Below, piece by piece: positions 9,120 through 18,129 of a DNA stretch of 18,129 nt. Source of the stretch: Thermodesulfobacteriota bacterium. GTDB lineage: Bacteria > Desulfobacterota_D > UBA1144 > Nemesobacterales > Mycalebacteriaceae. The position numbers and the translations under genes were made by a program. The DNA lies in NCBI GenBank assembly GCA_965198945.1, contig CBDAQI010000003.1, positions 1-18,129 of the forward strand, written 5' to 3'. How positions within the stretch are numbered: the first letter of the stretch is position 1; every line of letters starts with the position of its first letter. Under the pieces are notes generated by a model. The model saw nothing but the letters and a program-made list of their open reading frames with translations. It was not told where the DNA came from and did no database searches.

Positions 9120-9620
9120 ATGGAAATAATAGACAAAGAAACAACTCTTAAAAATCTTCAAACGGCTCTTGCTATGGAATTAACCTCCGTACATCAATAT
9201 CAGCTGCATGCAAGTGTTCTTGAAGGCTGGGGTCTCAATCGCCTTGCAGCGCAGATGCGCAAAGAAATGCAGGAAGAATTTAGTCATTCTGATAACTATA
9301 TCAACCGTATGATGTTTCTTAAAGGAGAGCCGAATCTTGTTCTTGCAAAACCTCCGATACTTGCCGACTCTCTTGCTCAAATGTTTGAGTCTGATTTGGC
9401 GGATGAGAAAGAAGCCGTTGCTTTTTACACTGCCGCGGCTCGCCAAGCCAATGAAGTGGCTGACATTGGCTCTCAATTACTTTTCGAGCGCACTGTTGCA
9501 GATGAGGAGGGGCATATGGGATGGCTTGAACTTCAACTCGACATTCTTAAGAAAATGCGTGAAGCTCTTTATATTTCTAAACATATGTCACCACCTCAAG
9601 AAGCAAATGATAGTGATTAA
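9120..9620 (+). CDS. bfr: Bacterioferritin (BfrA/FtnA-type, lacking the heme-ligand Met52)
   Basis: ELTSVHQY.LH...WGL..LA, EMQEEFSH, R.MFLKGEP, DLADEKEA..Y, DEEGH..WLE.QL; all ferroxidase-centre residues are present; 166 aa. Confidence 0.9.
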   Translation: MEIIDKETTLKNLQTALAMELTSVHQYQLHASVLEGWGLNRLAAQMRKEMQEEFSHSDNYINRMMFLKGEPNLVLAKPPILADSLAQMFESDLADEKEAVAFYTAAARQANEVADIGSQLLFERTVADEEGHMGWLELQLDILKKMREALYISKHMSPPQEANDSD

Positions 9621-9933
9621 TTTTCTGCGGCTTAAAAATATCAAAGCGAGGTTGAATTGCTTGTCTTTATTTAAGAGCTGCAAAGAATTTAGCAAGAATG
9701 AAAACCTTATTAAGAGAAAGTCTTTTAACAGTTAATAGGTGAAGGAGAAGACAAAAAATACTATAGCTACCCTGAAGATGAAACTAATTTTATCAAAATA
9801 CTTAAGGATTGTAAGGGATCTGTAAAAAGAATAAAGCGTAAAATTGATGCAGATTGAAAAAGTGAATAAAACCCCGGGTCGCAATATCAAAAAGAAAAAA
9901 CCAGGCTGAAAGCATCAACCATAAAGCGGGAAC

Positions 9934-11121
9934 TTATTTAGGCAAAGTCTTATACAATACCCAGTAGCCGAACATACAGGAAATAAAAGAACCTATCAGG
10001 ATGCCAAGACGATCGTCAAAGATCATATCGTGGGCACCGCTCTCGAAAGCCAGCGAGCTGATAAACAGGCTCATGGTAAAACCAATACCGCACAAGGCGC
10101 TGACTCCATACAGCCGCACCCAACCAATACCGTCGGGAAGGGTCGCCAACCCTGAGCGGATCACCGTAAAACACGCAAGCATAATACCAATTTGATTGCC
10201 CAGCACCAGCCCGGCGGCAATTCCCAACGGCACCGGATGTAAGATCATTTCCAGCGACAAGCCGGTCAGCGCAATACCGGTGTTGGCAAACGCAAAAACC
10301 GGCAAAATGAAAAACATCACCAAGCCATAGAGATCATGCTCCAATGATTCCAGCAATGTTTTCCTGGCGCCTTCCACGGCCACATGAGGGATGAAAAATG
10401 CGGCAATCACCCCGGCGAGGGTCGCATGCACACCTGATTTCAGCACAGAAACCCATAGTGCGACGGCAAGCAGCAAGTATGGCGAAAGTGATTTAACTCC
10501 GCGCCGGTTCAGGATGAACAACGCCAGAATAAAAAGGCCGCCCATGCCGATAGCTCCAAGTGATAAGCCTTTTGTATAAAAGAGAGCAATCACCAGAATC
10601 GCGCCAAGATCATCAATAATCGCCAGGGTCATCAGAAACAGCTTCAATGACTTTGGCACCCTGTCTCCCAACAAGCTCAGAATGCCAAGCGCGAAAGCAA
10701 TGTCGGTGGCTGATGGAATAGCCCACCCGACCATAGCTTCTGGATCACCATAATTGAAAGCCGTATAAATCAATGCCGGCCCCAACATACCTCCGACCGC
10801 GCCAGCGCATGGAAGAATCAGGACATGTCTATTGCTCAACTCACCTCCAAGAACTTCACGTTTGATCTCCAAGCCGACGAGAAAGAAAAAAATCGCCATC
10901 AGACCGTCGTTGATCCACAGCAGCAAGGGCTTGGAAATGCCCAAATCCCCGACACTCACAGAAAAATTCAAAGATAGCAGGGAATCGTATAACGCCGAAA
11001 ACGGCGAATTCTTGACTAACAGAGCGGCGAAAGTCGCCGCAATCAGCAATAAACTTGGAGCGGACTTACTCTGCAGAAAATCACTCATCAGACCAAATTT
11101 TGAACTGCCGGATGTTCGCAC
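9934..11121 (-). CDS. nhaA: Na+/H+ antiporter NhaA
   Basis: WINDGLMAIFFFLVGLEIKRE, GWAIPSATDIAFALG, LAIIDDLGAI (ion-binding DD), SGVHATLAGV, LCGIGFTMSLFI. Start is GTG 11121 or ATG 11088. Confidence 0.97.
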   Translation of the reverse strand: MRTSGSSKFGLMSDFLQSKSAPSLLLIAATFAALLVKNSPFSALYDSLLSLNFSVSVGDLGISKPLLLWINDGLMAIFFFLVGLEIKREVLGGELSNRHVLILPCAGAVGGMLGPALIYTAFNYGDPEAMVGWAIPSATDIAFALGILSLLGDRVPKSLKLFLMTLAIIDDLGAILVIALFYTKGLSLGAIGMGGLFILALFILNRRGVKSLSPYLLLAVALWVSVLKSGVHATLAGVIAAFFIPHVAVEGARKTLLESLEHDLYGLVMFFILPVFAFANTGIALTGLSLEMILHPVPLGIAAGLVLGNQIGIMLACFTVIRSGLATLPDGIGWVRLYGVSALCGIGFTMSLFISSLAFESGAHDMIFDDRLGILIGSFISCMFGYWVLYKTLPK

Positions 11122-11345
11122 TATGCTCTTGACCCCCGAAAAATAGGATGGCGGAATTTTCGGAAACTAACATAAAACCAATTAGGCACAGGTATTGAAT
11201 TCAGACACTCTATTTGTCCTTCATTCAGTATTTTACATCTAGCACAGCAAATAAGGAACAAGCAAAACCGGAAAAAGTAATTTTCAAAGCAAGTTCAGGA
11301 AAAACCTCATAAAAAACAAAAACCAAATACACAGCCATATAAAAA

Positions 11346-11417
11346 AGGTGTTGTGTCGGCAGTCGGAGACTTTCCAATCCGTATTTTGAGTTTGTAATTT
11401 ACATCAAGTTTTTAAGT
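11346..11417 (-). repeat. Methyltransferase 5' end plus upstream region, copy C (degraded; start codon now ACG)
   Basis: AGGTGTTGTGTCGGCAGTCGGAGACTTTCCAATCCGT aligns ungapped to AGGCGTTGCGTTCGTAATCAGAGACGTTCCAGTCCAT (27/37), followed by ATTTTGAGTTTGTAATTTACA..TTTTAAG. Confidence 0.8.
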
Positions 11418-11471
11418 CTGTAGCGTAAGTGAGACACAATTAATGCTCCACAACTTTGCGAAGTCGGAGCG

Positions 11472-12332
11472 TCAGAAGCGTCGCGAAAGACCCAAACCGA
11501 AAGTAAACTGATCTTTGTCGTGCGTAACCGGGCTGTTCGCGGCGTCATCAATCAGCCGGTCATATGAAAAGAGTGCTGTTGTGCTCCAGTTACGGTTGAA
11601 GCTGTAAGCAGTTAGCAGCCCGGCGCCGACTGTCTTGAAACCCGCGTCGGCGCTGAATGCCGGCAGTCCGGAACTGCGTGCCTGTCCCGGTGTAACGCCG
11701 AAATACGCATCCATGTATTCGCCACTTGCGTAGCTCGCCGACAGGCCCGGGATCAGGAACCAGCCATTTCGCAAATGACGGAAAACCTCAAACCCGAAAT
11801 CAAAAAAATAGCCGGTGTCGTCACCCGTAAACTGATGGCTGAACCGGGTCGAGAATGAAAATCCCCGGTGGCGGATATCCGCTTTCACAATACCGACCGC
11901 TCCGCCATCTATATCTCCCAGCCCTTTCAGATCATTGGATTTGTCGTGATCGCGGCCGAACATGTAGCCGACCGATGCGGACAGAGATAGCGTGCGGTCA
12001 TCCCAGACATACACGCCCAAACCGTCGAGGGTGTCAAGGAAGATACTATCGCGCCATTTGATGTATATTATAGGAAATCCTGTAACTTCGTAATCTTCTG
12101 AACCTTCATACTCCGGCTTGATGATGCCAAAGGCGCCAAGAGTAAATGACCAGTCCGATTTTGGTCCGTTGAGCGGACCGTATTCGGCACCTCCTGCAGT
12201 GGAGGTTGCCAAAAGCACCAGAGCAAACACAAGGGCAATGCTCCTTCCGCAGACTGTCCCAACAAGAAACCCATCAGCACGCTGCCAGACAGATGAGGCG
12301 TTGCATTCGTAATCAGAAACGTTCCAGTCCAT
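11472..12332 (-). CDS. MipA/OmpV family outer-membrane protein; the first 23 codons derive from the methyltransferase gene
   Basis: FTLGA..IKPEYEGSEDYEV..FP, LKGLGDIDGG, YASGEYMDAYFGVT..QA..SGLP.F.A.AGF, YDRL..DAANSP, terminal GLSRRF; signal-peptide h-region ALVFALVLLATSTAGGA. Confidence 0.92.
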   Translation of the reverse strand: MDWNVSDYECNASSVWQRADGFLVGTVCGRSIALVFALVLLATSTAGGAEYGPLNGPKSDWSFTLGAFGIIKPEYEGSEDYEVTGFPIIYIKWRDSIFLDTLDGLGVYVWDDRTLSLSASVGYMFGRDHDKSNDLKGLGDIDGGAVGIVKADIRHRGFSFSTRFSHQFTGDDTGYFFDFGFEVFRHLRNGWFLIPGLSASYASGEYMDAYFGVTPGQARSSGLPAFSADAGFKTVGAGLLTAYSFNRNWSTTALFSYDRLIDDAANSPVTHDKDQFTFGLGLSRRF

Positions 12333-12367
12333 ATTTTGAGCTTGTAATTCACACCGGGTTTTTTAAG
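12264..12367 (-). repeat. Methyltransferase 5' end plus upstream region, copy B (fused in frame to mipA)
   Basis: 62/69 nt identical to 8768-8836 over the coding part (MDWNVSDYECNASSVWQRADGFL vs MDWNVSDYERNASYVWQRADGVL), plus a similar upstream segment. Confidence 0.93.
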
Positions 12368-12386
12368 TGAGTAGTGTATAAAAACC

Positions 12387-12462
12387 ACAAAAAATTACCA
12401 CTTGGTAGACATAAACAGAAATAATACTTTAGGTTAAGAATGAATTAAGTATTGTGTCCCGG
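12387..12462 (+). repeat. Intergenic repeat ending in recombination-site-like core 2 (TTAGGTTAAGAATGAATTAAGTATTGTGTCCCGG)
   Basis: ACAAAAAATTA..TAAACAG..ATAAT..TTAGGTTA.GAATGAATTAAGTATTGT aligns with 8958-9031. Confidence 0.88.
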
Positions 12463-12507
12463 TAATTAACCGGAAATATCCTTTCTATGTGCCGATATAT
12501 TGAGAAG

Positions 12508-13359
12508 TCATTCTTGGATACTTGTTATCTTGTATTTGCCTTTCGTACGCACATAAATTATTACTTCGTCGGACGATTTGGATGAAACCTGATGTACCCA
12601 CTCTCCCTTTGAGCTAAAGTAGCTGCCGGGATTTAAGGTATCGGGTTGGGTTGCCAAATACTGCAGTTGCCCCTTGATTACAACAGCGCGGAAGGGCGAA
12701 GCGTTGCTATGTATTTTTCCCCTAAACCCGGCCGGAAGTTTGACAAAAGTTCCGTTAGGTTGATCATCTTGTAGTTTACCCCAAAGATAGGCTATCTCAG
12801 GCCCGTTGGTGGAATTTTGCATTCCGGGCGGGCTCAGCCAAACTATGTTTGATGCATCCACGTTGACCGGTCTTTCACCGCTATCAAAAGCCTTCTTAGG
12901 AGAAAGCACCAGATACGGCCCCTTGTCAATTTCGACAAGCGCCACGTTTTTACCACCTTTAGCGGCGGTAATATGGACTTCACCTTTGGGCTGGGTCCAG
13001 AAAGAACCCGCAGGCATCCACATTTTAGCGGCGCTGGGGTCATCATTGTGAATGAGGCCATCAATAACTACAGCACGATAAGTAGCATTGTGAATATGGG
13101 GAGGCGACGAGAAGCCATCCACAAACTTGACGAGAAAACCCGTAGGAGCGGAAGATTTGCGATCACCCCAGAGCGTTGCGGCTTGAGGGCTTTTGTCACC
13201 ACGGGCAGGGTTGAGTTGCTCCCACTTGACCTCGGACAACAGGACAACCTTGAAGGACGGCTCTATTCTCAAACCGGAGGGGGTGATGTTAGATAAGGTT
13301 TGCGGGCCGGCACAACCGGCGGCCACTATATATAATGAGAATGTTAATAATGCCCTCAT
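12508..13359 (-). CDS. DUF4437 cupin-domain lipoprotein
   Basis: [64 protein letters not shown]; lipobox AAG-C. ATG 13359 is preceded by GGAG (the ORF track starts at TTG 13374). Confidence 0.87.
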   Translation of the reverse strand: MRALLTFSLYIVAAGCAGPQTLSNITPSGLRIEPSFKVVLLSEVKWEQLNPARGDKSPQAATLWGDRKSSAPTGFLVKFVDGFSSPPHIHNATYRAVVIDGLIHNDDPSAAKMWMPAGSFWTQPKGEVHITAAKGGKNVALVEIDKGPYLVLSPKKAFDSGERPVNVDASNIVWLSPPGMQNSTNGPEIAYLWGKLQDDQPNGTFVKLPAGFRGKIHSNASPFRAVVIKGQLQYLATQPDTLNPGSYFSSKGEWVHQVSSKSSDEVIIYVRTKGKYKITSIQE

Positions 13360-13387
13360 ATTTTTACTCTCCAATTATTGGGGAATT

Positions 13388-13410
13388 CCGGAAATAAGAT
13401 ACTTAACTCA
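13388..13410 (-). repeat. Inverted copy of the recombination-site-like core
   Basis: Reverse complement TGAGTTAAGTATCTTATTTCCGG matches TGAATTAAGTATTTTGTCCCCGG (13524-13546) at 18/23, and is followed by AATTCCCC like the AGTTCCCC after core 1. Confidence 0.7.
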
Positions 13411-13445
13411 ACTATAGCCCCAAAACGGCAAAACTTGCAAGTATT

Positions 13446-13546
13446 TCAAGAGACACAACTATTGCAACTGTCAAAAGATTATTGCCTGACGAAAATAAAC
13501 GGCACAACACTTCAGGTTAAGAATGAATTAAGTATTTTGTCCCCGG
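13446..13546 (+). repeat. ~100-bp intergenic repeat ending in recombination-site-like core 3 (TCAGGTTAAGAATGAATTAAGTATTTTGTCCCCGG)
   Basis: Full-length alignment to 8932-9031; 22-nt exact match AGGTTAAGAATGAATTAAGTAT with core 2. Confidence 0.88.
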
Positions 13547-13609
13547 ATTACCCGAAACCAGCCATATTACTTTACTTTTTATTAGTGCTAAATACCATTA
13601 AAGAGCATT

Positions 13610-14290
13610 ATGCCTCTCCCCGCCGACCCCTCCAGTCTGGTCGTGCTTGGTTTTGCACTTCTGTCACCGGCAGTGCTCCTCCTAATCCTCTACGGCGCTT
13701 ACCGCGTGCGGGCATTGCGTCCCACGGTTGTTGTCGGAGCCGTTCTCTGGGCGGGTCTTGGTGCCGGCCTCGCGGCATCGGGTGTTCTTGCCCACTTTGA
13801 CCCACCCCGCCTGCTCGTGCTCCTAGTGTTGGGCACGGCCCTCATGCTGTGGTTCGGTCTCAGGGGCCCCGGTCAGCGCATGGCGATGGAACTCCCCCTG
13901 GCGGCATTGATCGCCTTTCAGGTATTTCGCATACCGGTGGAAATCCTAATCCATCACGCCGGTATGGAAGGCATCGCGCCCATGGAGATGAGCTGGAGCG
14001 GTTACAATTTTGACATTCTCACCGGACTCACGGCGCCTATCGTGGCCATCCTCGCCAAGAAACTGCCGGTCCGGGCTCTCCACTTCTGGAACTTCACCGG
14101 CCTATTCCTGCTACTTTGGGTCGTGAGCATCGCGGTGCTGGCGATGCCTTCACCTTTCCAACAACTCGCCACGGACCCGCCCAACATCTGGGTCGTGCAC
14201 TTCCCCTTCGTTTGGCTGCCCACGATCCTCGTCTTGTCAGCCGGCCTCGGGCACCTTTTGGTCTACCGGCGCCTCAGCGCAACCAAGTAA
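13610..14290 (+). CDS. Uncharacterised multi-pass membrane protein
   Basis: About 6-7 hydrophobic helices; motif-like segments QVFRIPVE, P.EMSWSGYNFDILTGLTA, WN, P.PFQ, PN..V..FPFVWLP. Visibly GC-richer than the flanks, with C/G-ending codons. Confidence 0.82.
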   Translation: MPLPADPSSLVVLGFALLSPAVLLLILYGAYRVRALRPTVVVGAVLWAGLGAGLAASGVLAHFDPPRLLVLLVLGTALMLWFGLRGPGQRMAMELPLAALIAFQVFRIPVEILIHHAGMEGIAPMEMSWSGYNFDILTGLTAPIVAILAKKLPVRALHFWNFTGLFLLLWVVSIAVLAMPSPFQQLATDPPNIWVVHFPFVWLPTILVLSAGLGHLLVYRRLSATK

Positions 14291-14464
14291 CACCCACCGA
14301 CCGGGAAGCACTTCTGTTCAACCTTTTTCTGGACAGAGATAATGACCTCCTCAGTGCCCCGATTGAAATGGATTATCTTGAAATCCACCGTGGTCTCGGT
14401 GGTCTCCTCCCAGTTTGAGCGAAACAGTGACCATTGGACAAGTCGCGGACACATTACCCTTGAT

Positions 14465-14557
14465 ATTGTGAATTACGCTACGTATCCACTCATCTTTGAT
14501 AATCTGACGGTCGGAACGGCGTTTTCTAATGTGCTGAAAATAGCGGGAAAACTTCAT
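14465..14557 (-). pseudogene. Truncated 5' end of a small toxin-like gene (DUF4258/BrnT-RelE-like, tentative)
   Basis: MKFSRYFQHIRKRRSDRQIIKDEWIRSVIHN resembles the N-terminus of a small family I recall as MKxTxYF..RxRPDR..IK.EWI..V..P..Q.DGR.R.W...VHNAFFDR. The expected C-terminal half is missing. Confidence 0.5.
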
Positions 14558-14664
14558 TGATTTAATCAATCCAACCAAAAATACAACGGCAAACTCAAGG
14601 CAGGGGGAAATAATAAAACAAAAGACAAATATTTGGCAATCGGAAAACCATACAACTCAATGAC

Positions 14665-14698
14665 TTGGGTCAGGATGAATTAAGTATTGTGTTCCCAG
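14665..14698 (+). repeat. Recombination-site-like core 4 (TTGGGTCAGGATGAATTAAGTATTGTGTTCCCAG)
   Basis: Shares AGGATGAATTAAGTATTGT (19 nt) exactly with core 1. Confidence 0.85.
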
Positions 14699-14712
14699 AA
14701 ATCACTCAGAAC

Positions 14713-14868
14713 TTAAGACTTTCTGCCCCAAAACCAGACGGAGAGCCCTGAAGAAAGCGCTACCATAGCGCCAAAAAGCCAACCTGTTACAGCACCGCTT
14801 TTCATCAACATAAGAAGAAAGAAAACAAAGAAAAATACTATGACAGAGAATAATTTATTTTTATTCAT
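14713..14868 (-). CDS. Small two-helix membrane protein (51 aa)
   Basis: Below the ORF-track cutoff; MNKNKLFSVIVFFFVFFLLMLMKSGAVTGWLFGAMVALSSGLSVWFWGRKS-stop, with basic ends flanking two hydrophobic segments and TAAAAT just upstream. Confidence 0.55.
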   Translation of the reverse strand: MNKNKLFSVIVFFFVFFLLMLMKSGAVTGWLFGAMVALSSGLSVWFWGRKS

Positions 14869-14894
14869 TTACAGATTTATTTTATTGCAACAAC

Positions 14895-15024
14895 CCAAAT
14901 ACAAAAACTAAACGAATAAGAAACAACGTCCATCTTCCGGCTCATCTTTATTCCCGGCCCTTTTTCAAGGGGTATGCTTTCACGGGAAATGACAAGCGGA
15001 GTTTCAAGTGGTTTTAAGCCCCGT
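14895..15024 (-). promoter_or_regulatory. 3' arm of the pre-23S processing stem
   Basis: CGAATAAGAAACAACG (14913-14928) is the exact reverse complement of 18086-18101; 15001-15015 pairs with 18063-18076; 15018-15024 pairs with 18052-18058. Confidence 0.85.
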
Positions 15025-18050
<3,026 letters not shown>

Positions 18051-18129
18051 AACGAGGCATAAAAAACACTCGAAACAAGATGGCGCGTTGTTTCTTATTC
18101 GCTCAGCTATGTATTCAGTTGTCAAAGAA
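18051..18129 (-). promoter_or_regulatory. Spacer upstream of 23S: boxA-like antitermination element and 5' arm of the processing stem
   Basis: The minus strand begins TTCTTTGACAAC (boxA-like, 18118-18129), followed by sequence complementary to 14895-15024. Confidence 0.75.

Noticed and set aside
9698..9857. AT-rich coding-like remnant (MKTLLRESLLTVN / GEGEDKKYYSYPEDETNFIKILKDCKGSVKRIKRKIDAD)
   Set aside because: Needs a frameshift to join and I recognise no family; it may be a cassette relic but is unsupported.
14300..14460. Minus-strand fragment VDFKIIHFNRGTEEVIISVQK, faintly like an S1 domain
   Set aside because: Too short and degenerate to assign without a profile search.
775..14560. Antisense and alternate-frame ORFs overlapping the called genes (e.g. 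2129..2566, 3611..4018, 9337..9735, 13378..13800)
   Set aside because: Shadow frames of genes with clear family motifs; no independent coding signal.
9000..14698. Repeats as a CRISPR array or integron attC sites
   Set aside because: Spacing is 1-3.4 kb with whole genes between and no cas genes. GTTAGGA/GTTAAGA do not fit GTTRRRY, there are no attC-type hairpins with an RYYYAAC partner, and the genes are in mixed orientation.

Overview
Bacterial chromosomal window in three parts. (1) 1-8.8 kb is backbone: the 5' part of recQ, a hydantoinase B/oxoprolinase gene, an SLT-type lipoprotein, rmuC, dprA, three envelope genes (8-stranded OMP, DUF1439-like, DUF481-like) and a SAM methyltransferase. 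Four of these are interrupted, mostly by single-base insertions in short homopolymers, which suggests consensus errors or early pseudogenisation. (2) ~8.8-14.9 kb is an accessory patch of unrelated single genes in mixed orientation: bacterioferritin, nhaA, MipA/OmpV, a DUF4437 cupin, a GC-rich membrane protein and a toxin-like remnant. They are punctuated by two repeat families: a tyrosine-recombinase/dif-like site with invariant core ATGAATTAAGTATT (4 direct copies plus 1 inverted), and three copies of the methyltransferase promoter and 5' end, one fused in frame to mipA. No recombinase lies in the window. This cassette-like array is the best candidate for an undescribed system. (3) ~15.0-18.1 kb is a complete minus-strand 23S rRNA with its processing stem and no 5S gene following it. 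All family assignments come from motif recognition, not database searches.
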